DNA from: Sphyrna mokarran
Taxonomy: Eukaryota
DNA length: 64,000 nucleotides
NCBI GenBank assembly: GCA_024679065.1
Contig: JAGIQG010000002.1
Location: 130,138,001 to 130,202,000, forward strand
Direction: 5' to 3'
Shown here piece after piece: positions 25,452 to 37,816 of this stretch; positions within the stretch are counted from its first letter, which is position 1, and each line of letters opens with the position of its first letter. The position numbers were made by a program, and so were the translations under genes. A model generated the notes under the pieces. The model made no database searches. It saw only the letters and a program-made list of their open reading frames with translations, and had not been told where the DNA came from.

Positions 25452-25875
25452 CTTTGGTTTGATTTATTATTGTCACATGTACTGGGATACAGTGAAAAGT
25501 ATTGTTCCTTGAGACAAAACTTCATAGAATACTTGGGGGAGAAGGAGAAAAGAGGGTGCAGTATATAGGGAGGGGAAAGGAGAGGGTGCAGAATGTAGTG
25601 TTACAGTCATTGGGTGTAGAGAAAGTTCAACTTAATATATGATAAGTCCATTCATAAGTCTGATAGCAGCAGGAAAAAAGCTGCCCTTGAGTTGTTTGGT
25701 ATGTGGTCTCAGACTCTTGTGTCTTTTTTCTGATAGAAGAAGGTGGAAGAGAGTATTTCTGGGATGTCCTTGATCATGCTGGCTGCTTTAAATGTAAACT
25801 GAATCAGTGGATGGGAGGCTGGGTTGCGTGATGGACTGGACTACATTCACGACCCTTTTGTAGTTTCTTGTGGCT
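25452..25875 (-). mobile_element. Rex/Babar-like LINE 3' fragment
   Basis: Minus strand reads LFHLLLSEKRHKSLRPHTKQLKGSFFPAAIRLMN, a Rex1-type ORF end; 3' end TTTTCACTGTATCCCAGTACATGTGACAATAATAAATCAAA. Confidence 0.78.
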
Positions 25876-26314
25876 TAATATTTGATTATGGGATGTGAGC
25901 AGCACTGCTGAGTAGCCTTTTGCTTGAATTGCTACAAAGGTACTCCCAGGATGGTGTCAGGATTTCAAACTATTGGTGCAGTTGTGATGAAAGATTGGCA
26001 ATTATGTATCCAAGTCATGATTCTGTGCAAGTTGGACAAGAATGGTGGTCTTCTCCAGTGTTGCCAAGTATCAAGCATAGTGTGTTTGCCTTGAGTTATG
26101 AGAGATGCATACAAATCCCACTCCAGAGTGGCCATAATGCTGGCACACTAATGAGGTGCAATGATTAGACTTTGTGGCATCGAATTCCATTTTATTTATG
26201 ATTTTTGTTTTTGTCTTCCTCTGAATAATAGTGTTTGGAATGTGATAGCGATTTAATGTTAGTTTTGTACTGTGGACTTCTAGCTATTAGAAGTTAGCTC
26301 AAGATTCCCCAGAG

Positions 26315-26598
26315 TTCATCGAATCCCTATAGTGTAGAAGGAGGCCGTTTGGCCCATCAAGCCTGCATCGACGACAATCCCACCCAGACCCTATCCACTT
26401 AACCGCATACATTGATCCTGCTAGTCCCGCTGACACTAAAGGAAATTTACCATGGCCAATCCACCTAGCCTGCACATCTTTGTAGTGTGGAAGGAAACTG
26501 GAGCACTTGGTGGAATCCCATGCAGACATGGAGAGCATGTGCAAATTCCACACAGACTGCGATCCGTGGCCGGATTTGAACCCAGGTCCCTGGAGCTG
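26315..26598 (-). mobile_element. HE1-like V-SINE
   Basis: GAATCCCTATAGTGTAGAAGGAGGCCGTTTGGCCC tail and V-domain. Confidence 0.87.
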
Positions 26599-27077
26599 CC
26601 CGAAGATGTATGTGCTTAAAATTTGCTGCAGGTTGGTCTGTGTCCTAACTAATAGCCTTGAGGTAAAATTATAAAGTGCTACCATAACATCAAATTTCTT
26701 GCACTACAGATGGGAGGCTTTTTTATTTATAGTTAGCTCCATTTTCAATGTATTATTGCTTTGGGATTGTTTTTTGACAGTGACAATTATAGCTTTGAGA
26801 TGCTTACGTAACCACTGTTTTTGGTATTGTTTTGGAAACAAAAGTGTTGACCACTGCTTTGTCCAATGATCTCACTTCCCTACAACGGAAGGGAAGAAGG
26901 TTACCATCATGATGTGTTAAAGGATGAGAGAAGTCAGTAAAATGATAGGTGTTCAGAAGCCAAATTGAGTCATTTACAAGACTGATCAGTAAGGGTTTGT
27001 AATGACCTCAGCAAGGCCCGTATTGGAATATGAGTTCTCTGATTGCCTGCCCAATCAGGAAGTCTTACCTGAGTGTC

Positions 27078-27355
27078 AGAGTGGTTAGCGCCAGGGACTT
27101 GGGTTCAATTCTGGCCTCGGGTGACTGTCTGCATCAAATTTGCACATTGTCCCCATGTATGTGTGGGTTTCATCTCGATGCTCTGGTGTCCTCTCACATT
27201 CCAAAGATATGCAGGTTAGGTTATGCTGATTTGCCCCTTAGTGTCAGGGGGATCAGCAGATTAATACATGGGATTACAGAGGGCCTGGGTGGGATTGTTG
27301 TCAGTGCAGGCTCGATGGGCTGAATGGCCACTTTCTACACTGCAGGGATTCTATA
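27078..27355 (+). mobile_element. HE1-like V-SINE
   Basis: GTGGTTAGCGCCAGGGAC head (internal deletion) to GCAGGGATTCTAT. Confidence 0.85.
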
Positions 27356-27866
27356 TATTTTATATATAAAGTTACGTGTGTGTGTGTTAGGACGACTGAC
27401 ACTCCAGATTCTGACTTTGTACCTGAAGCACTCTTAGGAGTGTAATTGAGTTTATAAATAAAGGAAATCTGGTGAAGGATACCGGCCTCTGAGGAGTTAT
27501 TTCAGGATTGAAGGTGGAAACTTTGTCCTGAGGTAAATTTAACTGTAGCAATCTGTAATGCTTTAACTAAAATATTTAAGTAAGTTTTTTTTTCGGTTAA
27601 AGAGCTTGCATTTAACTAGTGGTTTTTCAGATCACAAAATATTCCTTTGCCAATTAATTGCTTTTGAAGCGTTGGCACTTGATGGCAAATGTGGTAGCTA
27701 TTTTGTACACAATTAGGCCTCAAACAGCAGTGAATGTAAGAACATGCATTGACATAATTTCATGAGCTTGGAACATTTTAAAGCACTTCCCTCACTACAA
27801 AGTGCTGTTAAAGTGTAGTCATTTAGGATGCAGTGAAATACAACAGCTAATCTGCACAGGGCAAGA

Positions 27867-28250
27867 TTAGGGTTGCTAACCCTCCAGGACTGGCCTGAGG
27901 TCTCCAGAAATTGAGAATCAATCTCCAGGACACTGCTGAGTGTCACACTGGAGAAACAATCATATGGGCATTAAAAAAAAACATAGTTTTCTTTGTCATT
28001 TTATTGGAATATTTATCTTTACAAGCTATACAAATATTGAAAAGTGGAAGTGGCGAGTGAGCGGGAAGGTAGTTAGCTTGACAGCTAAGCATCATCTAAT
28101 TGGGCAATTAATTAATTTTTTGAAATTGATGTAGGCAGGTAGTATATCACAAGGGTGGATGTGTTGGCCGACTAATGATTTGAATGGGAGAGGCAAGTGT
28201 TGTGGTGAAACCTTCAGGAATGCATTTGATCAGTTTGCGAGCCCAACAAG
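27867..28250. mobile_element. Possible hAT-like non-autonomous DNA transposon remnant
   Basis: Begins TAGGGTTGCTAACCCTCCAGGA, a hAT-type terminus; the other end was not resolved. Confidence 0.4.
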
Positions 28251-29413
28251 ATCCGAAATAATGACAAGATAAACGACCAACTAAGCTGTTAATGAATAGA
28301 TGTTGACCGGGATAGGACCTTTACTCCTCTTTAAATAGTGCTGTAGTATGTGATACATGAGCAGAGAGAGGATTTCCATTTAATATCTCATTGATATTAG
28401 TTGACACCTCCAGTGGAGCACTGAGGAAGGGTTCACCAAGGTGATGTGCTCTCGTTCTGCGGTGGAACTTGAGTCCACAGTATTCTAACTCTTGAGAGGA
28501 TAAGCTGTTGTTTTAATACGCCCAAACCCTTGTGTCCAAACCAGATGATTGGAAGACTACCAGACACTCATTTTTGAATGAATGGTTGAGAATTTATTTG
28601 ATGTGTAGACATGATGTTTAATTTTTAAATTAAACCTACATGTTTTAACTACTATATTTAGGAATATGCAACTGTTAATTAAGGATTTCAACGCACATCT
28701 ATTAACGAAAAATAACATTCAGCAGACCTCTAACCACAAGATCTAACCCAATCGAAGTTGTAGCATAATCTTTCCCAACAGGAATGAGCGGAAGGAGGTA
28801 ACCATAGTAAATTTAAGTAATTCTTCTCCAGCAATATTTGGGCACTGAGAAAAGCAAGTGACGTGCAAGGGAATGAATGAGCTGTGGAACCTGATTATAT
28901 GTTAATACTGGATTGTGTGTGTGCTGATGATAATAACAGATTTGCTGTCCCACTCCAGCTCAATATCAGGTTAAATAAAGCTGCCATCTTTTTATAGGAA
29001 GTTCTTGGATGAAGCCTAACCAAACATTACTTACAGTTAAGTCATGTTTAATAGGCTATAGTAATGTGTTGAGAATGATGTGCATGGGCATTTCAATCAA
29101 CCTCAACTCCTCTGACCACTGTGAATTGCTTAATATGCATTTTGGAAGGTAATAGTAAAAGTGGAATTGTATTAAAAAAGCTGTAAGTTCCTAAGGCAAT
29201 TTGTTGTGAAAATTACTTGTCATAAACTGTATGCAGCCTGTCAGACATAAGTTAAGGAAAAATTTCAAGTAACTTTACTGCACAGTAATTAGCAGGTCAT
29301 AATAATGATACGCCAGTTCTATTCATCAACTGAAGTGATGCACTATTAACTGGTGAACAATGTTAAATTCTTAATTGCCTCAAACACTGATCTGTGTATT
29401 TTATTTGAATCAG

Positions 29414-29508
29414 GAGATGGAATTCCCAAAGAAAGCAGTCCTTTCATCAACAGTACAGACATTGACAAAGGAATCCTGTATGAAGGGAAAAACTTGGCGC
29501 TTTTTGAG
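29414..29508 (+). CDS. SLC12A5: KCC exon 2 (95 nt, phase 1-0), cytoplasmic N-terminus
   Basis: aatcag|GA GAT GGA...TTT GAG|gtaaat; encodes (G)[31 protein letters not shown]. Confidence 0.96.
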
Positions 29509-30039
29509 GTAAATGTATATTTTATTGCTCAGTGTATTTGACATAAATAATAACTTGTATTTATAAAGGACCTTTAATGCCATAAAATTCCTAAGGCATC
29601 ACAAAAGCATAACCAGACAAACGTGTGAAATCAAGCCACATATTAAAAGCTTAGTCAAATATTGAAGGAGTAGTGTTAAAGCAAGGGAGAGATGGGGAAG
29701 TGAAGGGAGCTAATTCAAGATCTTGGGATCTATAGAGAGCAATAGGCATGGCCGTTAATTTGGGTGGGAGGAGGGCGGTGTCATTTAAATCAGTGTTTCA
29801 GATTCACAATTGCCATGTTAGGATTTGAATTCACTCCAGTTGCAATAATTCACTATCCCACCATACCTGGATTATGCTCAATATCTCAAGATTGAGGAGG
29901 AATGTTTACCCTGCCCTTGTGCCCTGATGCATATCGATCTTTGCTTCACAAGCTTGTGTTTTGTCACTAAATGGATTTTCTTTATTTGCCTGAACACTGC
30001 ATTTAAGAACTTAGTGTAGAGCAAATTGCAGACTACCTG

Positions 30040-30385
30040 TGAGGCAATGGCCTAGTTATTTTCACTAAACTATTAATCCAGAGTAATGTTCTGGGGACCT
30101 GGCTTCAAATCCTGCCATGGCAGGCTGTGGAATTTGACTTTAATACCTAGAATTAAGAATCTACTGATGACCATGAAACAATTGTCAATTGTTGGAAAAA
30201 CCCATCTGGTTCACTCATGTCCTGTAGAGAAGGAAATCTGCCACCCTTACCTTATCTGGCCTACATGTGACTCCAGAGCCACAGCAACATGGTTCACTCT
30301 CAACTGCCCTCTTAGTTGTGCAAAGGCAATGGCAATAAATGCTGGCCAGCCACTAACACTCATGTCCCAAAATGAATGAAAAAGA
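30040..30385 (+). mobile_element. Family C tRNA-SINE, full length
   Basis: GGCAATGGCCTAG A box, GGCTTCAAATCC B box, CCCATCTGGTTCACT core, AATGAATGAAAAA tail. Confidence 0.82.
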
Positions 30386-30699
30386 ATTGTCACACCTTCA
30401 GTCCTTCAGAAGATTGACAAACTGCTACAATAGGCTAAAGATTGTATGGACTCAGCATGGATGCATTATGAGCTCCCTTAATGAATCACGGCCAGTGTTG
30501 AATTGAACCACAGCAAACGGTCCCACATACGTGGACTTTGACCTTGTAATTGCTCTCCATGTGTCAGCGGAGACCAATCAAGTGAGTAGAGTTCCTGCAT
30601 GCGATTGGTATTCGTTCTGCTACTTGTATCACTCTATACATTGAAAGGACAAGGGATGCGACTGTTTACTTCCTTTCCCTCTTGAGATCCAGTTGTGGA

Positions 30700-31115
30700 G
30701 CTTGATTGTCAAGTTCCACACACACATGAGGATGGCCTCAACTGGGAGTTTGATCTATGTCACACTATCTGTAACCCCCATGACTTGCCTGGGCTTGCAA
30801 AATCTCACTAACTGCCCTTTCTGGAGACAATACACATCTCTTTAACCTGTGCTTAACCCTCTCTCCGCTCATGTTGCCTGTATCTTTAAGACTTGATTAT
30901 CTATAAAGACTTGCATCCCAACCATTATTTTGTAAATTGAATTTGTGTCTTTATATGCCCTGTTTGTGAACAGAACTCCCACTCACCTAATGAAGGGGCA
31001 ACACACTGAAAGCTAGTGGCTTGTGCTACCAAATAAACCTGTTGGACTTTAACCTGGTGTTGTGAGACTTCTTATTGTTTTATTCCAGTCTAACACTGGC
31101 ATCTCCACATCATGA
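30700..31115 (+). mobile_element. Penelope-like pseudo-LTR with a degenerate hammerhead at 30984-31018
   Basis: THEDGLN..SHYL* remnant; CAC CUAAUGA AGGGGCAACACACU GAAA GCUA GUG; ends CATCTCCACATCATG. Confidence 0.82.
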
Positions 31116-32270
31116 CTTCATCTGTGGCCAGTGAAGATTTAAATATCTTAATCAGGGTCCCTGCAATCTGGCCCCTTGCCTTCCATAGTAGCTTGGGATA
31201 CATCTCATCAGGTCCTGGGGATTTATGCATCTTTAAGTCTAATAAAACATTCAAGATCTTATCCTTATTAATCTTAACATGCTACAGAACTTCACTGTTC
31301 CAGCTACAATGTCTTATTCCTTAGAGAGTGTAGATGGAAAAACATTCTTTTAAGATCATCAGGCACACATTGCCCTCTTTGGTTTGTAATGGCTCCCACT
31401 CTTTCACTGGTCATTCTCTTGCTCTCAATATACTTATAAAATGCCATGAGGTTTTCCTTAATCTTAATTGCCAATGATATTTCATAGCCCCTCTTTGTCT
31501 TCCTCATTATTTTTTAAGCACCCTCTATACACTATACTCCTGAAGGGTGTCCCCCCTTTTAGTGCTCTACATCTTCTATATGATTCCTTTTCATTTTCAC
31601 CCCTATCCCTAGAAATCCAGGATTCCCTAGTGTTCCCACTCATGGCCTTTACACTTAAAGGAACACATTGGCCCTAGACTCAGTATTTTGCTTTTAGAAG
31701 ACACCCATTTTCCAGATGTAGATTTTCCTGAAAGTAAACGCTCCCAGTCTACGTTTGCCAGTTCTTGCCTAATGATATTGAAGTCGGCCTTCCCCCAGTC
31801 CAGACAGTTGATTTCTGGACTAGCATTATCCCTTTCCATAATGACTATAGTCTCTACCCTTAAAATGCTTATCCAGTGACGTTTTGACCAGTTGCCTGTC
31901 ATCTTTCCCTAGATTAGGTCTAGTGCTGTCCCATCCCTAATAGGGCTATGTATGCCTTGGCACAAAATGTTCTCCTGGATGCACTTGAAAAAAAATTCCA
32001 TCCCATCTAATCCTTTCTCACTAAGGTAATTCTATTAATATTGACTAAGTTGAAATCCTCTACCATGATAAAACTCTATTCCTCTTAAATCTCTGATTTG
32101 CCTCCATATCGGCTCATCTATCTCCCTCTGACTGTTGGAAGGCCCATGTCTTCTGTCTGCTGGACTGACCTAGTTTTCTTTTTTTTATTTGACTGAACCT
32201 CCCTTCCAATTGTACATATACTCTGTGTACCATCCTCTTGCCAAATTAGTTTAAAATCCCCCCATCAGGT
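31116..32270 (-). mobile_element. Decayed CR1 ORF2 (endonuclease/linker)
   Basis: ORF remnants LDWGKADFNIIRQELANVDWERLL and KIKENLMAFYKYIESKR; KSPGPDE at about 31200. Confidence 0.85.
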
Positions 32271-32954
32271 TGAACAAACACAATAAATAAACTTTAAAAG
32301 ATGTCCATTTTTATCAATCTCTCCGTGCCCTTCTGAAATGTTCTCTGGCTTTCAACCATTGAGGATATAGAGGAGTGGTAACTGCACCTAATGAGGTTAA
32401 GCCAGTTAATACTAGATATACATATCCCCTTCCAAGATATAGTTAATAGGAGGAAGTCAGCTGAAACTGAGGAATACACAAACATATGTTTTTTTTACAG
32501 TTGTTATGGCTGAGTAACTCTTGATGATTTCAGCTCATAACAGTTCCCCCATTGTTAAATTGAAGCATCAATATGCAAAACAAAGCTGGACTGATATCTG
32601 TTGGTTTGGACTTGTGGTGACCTTGTCCACATTCCATCAGGTCTTGCTTCTAGAAGTTGTTTAGATATATATATATATTTAATATGTCCACTTTTATGCT
32701 AGGCACATTAATTGCTCAGACAGCATGGACACATTACATTAGTGCTGTAAATGCTGTTAAAGTAAACTTGTTTAATTTTTTTGAGACCTTGGATATGTTT
32801 TTAATACAAAAACTTCTGACATGTTAGAGGAAGAAACCAGATCCAATTGCCAAAATTAGCAAGTCAAAAATTCAGCAAGGAATACAATTGAAAGAACTCC
32901 ATTCCCACGTAACTCAAGGATGTAATCAACAACGTGTTAAATGATTTTGCCAAA

Positions 32955-33151
32955 CCTCAGAGGGTAATAAGGACATGGAATGCCCTGCTTGAGCAGTAGT
33001 GGACTCTCAACTTTAAGGGCATTTAAATGGTCATTGGATAGGCATATGGATAATATTGGAATAGTTTAGGTTAGAGGGTTATGAGATTGGTTCCACTGGT
33101 CAGTGTAACATTGAGGCCGAAGGGCCTGTACTGCACTGTAATGTTCTATGT
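32955..33151 (+). mobile_element. CR1 3' end
   Basis: GGCCGAAGGGCCTGTACTGCACTGTAATGTTCTATG terminal motif. Confidence 0.8.
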
Positions 33152-34665
33152 AAACCTCCCAGCAAGAATATTGGACCTTTTCCAGTTCAGATGCAACCCA
33201 TCCACCTTGTCCAGATGCCATCTACTCCAGAAGCTGTCCAAATGATCCAAATATCTAAAGCCACATAAATTTCAAAAATGTATCTCATTGCACATTACCA
33301 GGCCTGAAATAACTCGCTCTACGAACTGATTTGCCAGTCTATATTTGTCAATCTGATTTGCTCAATGTGCATGTAAAGTCACTCGTGATTATTGCTGTGC
33401 CTTTTTTACATGCCCCATTAATTTCTTCCAGTGTACTTTGTCCTACAGTGGAACGACTGTTGAGAGGCTTGTAAACTTTTCCTGTAAGTGACCTCTCAAC
33501 TTTCCTATTTCCTCTCTCCACCCAAACTGTTTCTACATCTTGGTCTTTCGAGCCAAAAGATGAGTGTCATCTTTAATAGAGCTATGCCACCAACTTATCC
33601 TACTTTCCTGTCTTTTCAAAATATCCTATCAATATTCAGAGTCCCAGCCTTAGTCACCTTGCAACCACGTATCTGTAATTGTCATGTTACGTTATTTCTG
33701 CCCGTGCTAACAATTTATCCATTTTGTTACAAATGCAACATGCATTCAGATACTGAGGGTGGATTTTATGATCTCACTCTTTCTGAAACCATAAAATCTT
33801 GTCCAAGATCAACAGATCTTTCAATGTTCTGCCCCTTGCCCACTGCAATTCCCGTGGTGGGCGGGATGGTAAAATTCTGGCCAAAGTCTGTCTGTTTTTT
33901 ACACTCTCTGACTGTATCAGCTGATGCACTCTTAAGTTTGAACTCTATCCCTTTCTGCCATCCAAATCAGTACCCTGCTCTATAACTATATTGTTTCTCT
34001 TTAATTCTCACCTCATGTGATCCTGTCCCCCATTATTTCATTTAAAGCCTCCTTTTTTAAACTACCTGAGTTTGTGAAAATACTAGTCCCCTCCTGGTTC
34101 AGTCAAACACTGTCAGAAGATTACAGTTCCAACTTTATGTTGCCAATACAGCCGCCAGTGGTCCATTAATCGAAACCCAGTTCTCCCCTGGTGGCCTTTG
34201 GAGTAAAGAATCCTTCCCTCTAATCTTATTTAAATGATGTGAATTTTCTTGTGGCTTGGATAATCATCCAGAGATTCATGCCTTTTAAGATTCTGCTTTT
34301 TAAATTATCCTGTAGCTGCTCATAATTTCTAACTAGAACCGGTTTCCTGGTCCTAGTTGTGCTATTTGTACCTTAGACTATGACAGCAGAGTTCTCCTCT
34401 GCTGCAAGTTCCTCTCCAGACTTGAGCAGCCAACACAACAGACTGCTGCACTTGGTTGTAGAGTCCTCTAACCATCCCCCTCTACCACAATGTTTCCATT
34501 TGGTCCCCTCCAATTGAATGGCTTCCTATACCATGATGCTATGGCATGCTTATCCACTTTACAGCCCTCACTTTCATCCATATAATTTTCAAGAATCTCA
34601 AACCTGTTGGACCATTTCAAGGGCTGAGATTCTTCCACCACTAACTCCTCAATCCCCTTGCCTGT
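33152..34665 (-). mobile_element. Decayed CR1 5' region (ORF1 and endonuclease), fragmented
   Basis: SQPLKWSNRFEILE (ORF 34468-34671) is the SNRF motif typical of CR1 ORF1; further decayed endonuclease-like stretches. Confidence 0.65.
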
Positions 34666-34799
34666 AGTCACATGCCCACCAAGCCTGCATCAACAACAAT
34701 TCCATCCAGTCTTCTTTGTGTAACCCCATGCATTTACCCTGCTCATTTCCCCCGACACTAACATGGCAAATCAACCTAATCCATACGCCTTTGGACTTG

Positions 34800-35335
34800 G
34801 TAGGCTTTAAACGCACACAATGAGCTTCCACAGTTTTCTGGGGTAGAGAATTCTAAAATATTCACAACCCCTTGGGTAAACAAATTCTCCTCACCTTGAA
34901 TTGACTTCTCTTGATTTGAAAATTGTGTCCCCTGGTTCTAAACTCCCTGACCAGGGGAAACCCTGTCTATGTATTCAAGTATTTTGTAGGTTTCAATGAG
35001 ATTGCCACTCATTTTTTTGAAACCCTGAAGAATTTGGACTCAGTTTGCCCTGTCATCATAGGCCATTTCAGGAACAAGACTGGTGAGCCTTTGTTACATC
35101 CTTTTATTTATGGCAATAATATCCTTTTCTAAGGTAAGGGGATTAAAACTGCACACCATACTCTAGGGGTAATCTAAGCCAAGTTCTATACAATTGAAGT
35201 AAGTTGTCACTATTTCTGTACTCTAATCCTCTTGTGATAAAGGTCAACATTCAATTAGCCTTCCTAATGGCCTGCTGAGCTGGCATATTAGTTTTCAGAG
35301 TGTTAATGATGAGCGCACCCAAGTCCTTTTGCATA
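34800..35335 (-). mobile_element. Older CR1 RT C-terminal fragment
   Basis: Reverse-complement YGVQF, KDII and MLTFITRG-like motifs. Confidence 0.7.
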
Positions 35336-35349
35336 TCTAAATGTTCCGA

Positions 35350-36057
35350 TCTCTTGTACACCTCTATTAGATCTCCTCAGACTATGTCTTTCTAAGGAAA
35401 ACAGCCCCAATTTGCCTAACATCTCCTCGTAACTCAGACCTTCCATACCAGGCAGCATCCTGCTGAACATCCTCTGCACTCTCTCCAGAGTCTCCACGTC
35501 CTTCCGGTAGTAAGGCGACCAGAACTGGACGCTGTATTCCAAATGAGGTCTAACCAGCGTTTTATACAACTGCAACATTAAAGGCCAGCTCTTGTACTCT
35601 ATACCCCTTCCTATAAAGGCTAGCATACTATATGCTTTCTTCACAACCTTCTCCACTTGCTCTGCCACCTTCAGAGACTTGTGCACCTACACCCCCAGGT
35701 CCCTCTGCATTTCTAAACTCTTAATAGGTCTACCCTTTATCATATACCTCCCCCTTACATTCTTTCTCCCAAAATGCATCACCTCGCATTTATCAGGATT
35801 GAATTCCATCTGCCATCTGTCTGCCCAAGCTACCAGCCTATCTATGTCCTGCTGCATTGCCTGACAATGCTCCTCACTATCCGCAAGTCCAACCATCTTT
35901 GTATCGTCTGCAAACTTGCTGATCACTCTACTTACTCCCCTGTTCCAAGTCATTTATATATATATTACAAATAGAAGAGGTCCCAGTACCGAGCCCTGTG
36001 GCACACCACTAGTGACTGACCTCCAGCTAGAAAAACACCCTTCCACTATTACTGTCT
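35350..36057 (-). mobile_element. Well-preserved CR1 reverse-transcriptase fragment (frameshifted)
   Basis: Consecutive ORFs give [78 protein letters not shown]. Confidence 0.95.
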
Positions 36058-36559
36058 GAATTGAATTGGCTGCCAACTCAGACAGTGTCCCATTCCTGCA
36101 CTCCATGTTCCTGATATGCCCACCTGGATTATTAAGGTCTGTGCCAACCCTTGGTAGTGGTTCATCTTCCAATTAAAAATGGCAATAAAAACTCCCAAGA
36201 AGTGGGAGGCCATATGGAGGCCCCCCAACCCTGACATAGCAACAACCCTTGGATCAAGGTGGGAACAGCGGATTTGTGATGGAAGGAGAGAGAGAGGGTA
36301 CCTCAACACGACAAACCCATGAATAACTGTACATTACTCATGCAATGTGTGGTACAAAGCAAAGATGAAAGAAACACAACCCAGGAAGACATGAATGGTG
36401 GGACTGTATTCTAAAATCCTCCCAATCCTCAGACTTACTACTGCTTTTGGGAACTTTAAGTCTTTTCTTTTAATCTTATGCAAATCTTAATTACATTTTG
36501 TAGCTACTGTTGACTGATTTTTTTTTTGGGTCTTTGTGCCTTAAAGGAATGTATAATTT

Positions 36560-36920
36560 TTTTATTCATTTGTGGGACAAAGGTTTTGCTGACTGGGCCA
36601 GCATTTATTGCCCCTCCTTTGTTGCTCTTGTTTAGAGGGTAGTTAAGAATCAACTACATTACTGTGGCCCTAGTGTCACACATAGGCCCGGCTGGATAAG
36701 GATAGCAAATTTTCTTCTTTATGAACCAGGTGGATTTTTCCAACAATTGACAATAGTTTCATGATCATCAGTAGATTCTTAACTCCAGATTTGTTTTTAA
36801 ATGAATTCAAATTCCACCATCTGCTGTGGGCGTGATTCCAATCCCAGATACCCAGAACATTAGCTGAGTTTCTGGATTAAAACTCTAGCAGTAATACCAC
36901 TAGGCCATTGCCTCCCCTAC
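36560..36920 (-). mobile_element. Family C SINE
   Basis: TTATTCATTTGTGGGAC...GAATTCAAATTCCACCATCTGC...ACCACTAGGCCATTGCCTCCCC. Confidence 0.82.
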
Positions 36921-37684
36921 AATTGATATAAAATATGTATTAATCCCTTAAAGATTATACACTGTATATGCATGATATCTTTGCTGATTGGATAGCTTTC
37001 AATTTGGGTTTAGTGCCATTATTTCTAACTACATGTAAATTCAGAAGAAGCAATATGACCTCATTAACTTAGCAATAGGAAATGAAGCTTGTTGATTAGC
37101 AGCCATTTGTATGATTCCAAACAAGTCAAATATTCCTGATTCTCCATGTGTTGAATTTGTGTTTCATGCTGTTTGTTATTTCTCTCTTCCCTCCTCTTGT
37201 CAGCTCACTTTGGCCAAGAGAGTGCATGAACCAACCAACATCTACTGTTTTACCAATCAGCGTAACACACGGAGGGATTTGACATGGGAATAAAGAAGTA
37301 AATAAAAATAAAAAGTTCCATTAATCCTTTTTCAACAACAGAAATGGGGAGGATGAGGCCATGGTGATAAACTGGGATGAGAATTTAAAAATGAAGAGAT
37401 TGCTTGACCAGAGGCTACTGTAGGTCACTGAACACAAGTGTGATTGGGAACAGGACCTAGTATGAATCTAGACAGAGCAGCAGAGATCTGGATGACTTGC
37501 GTTTATAGAGGGTAGTATGTGGGAGACCAAGAAAGAATATGTTGGGATAGCGGACTAGTTCCTGCAATTTTGAGATCCTCTTGGATAGTGTATTGCTGAA
37601 TCTTGTCTTTTAGGGGAAGGAATGCAATGTATTATTTATTGAAGTGAAAATATATAACATTCTCGTGTTGATCTTGTTCAATAG

Positions 37685-37816
37685 GAGGAAATGGACAGGA
37701 ATCCAATGGTTTCCTCTCTGCTTAACAGACTGGCAAACTACACCAACCTGACCCAGGGCGTTCGAGAACACGAGGAGGCAGAAAACAATGAAGAACCGAG
37801 AAAGAAAGAAATTAAG
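37685..37816 (+). CDS. SLC12A5: KCC exon 3 (132 nt, phase 0-0), includes the N-terminal autoinhibitory segment
   Basis: caatag|GAG GAA ATG...ATT AAG|gtaaat; [44 protein letters not shown]. Absent from the ORF track; read manually. Confidence 0.97.

Noticed and set aside
31200-31215. CUGAUGA on the minus strand as a hammerhead core
   Set aside because: It is the codons for P-D-E in CR1 KSPGPDE; no stem II or GAAA follows.
33488-33985. Longest ORF (165 aa)
   Set aside because: Antisense to decayed CR1 and crossing a MITE-like insert; no coding signature.
35303-36172. Reverse transcriptase as a novel or functional RT system
   Set aside because: Ordinary frameshifted, truncated CR1 ORF2 fragment.
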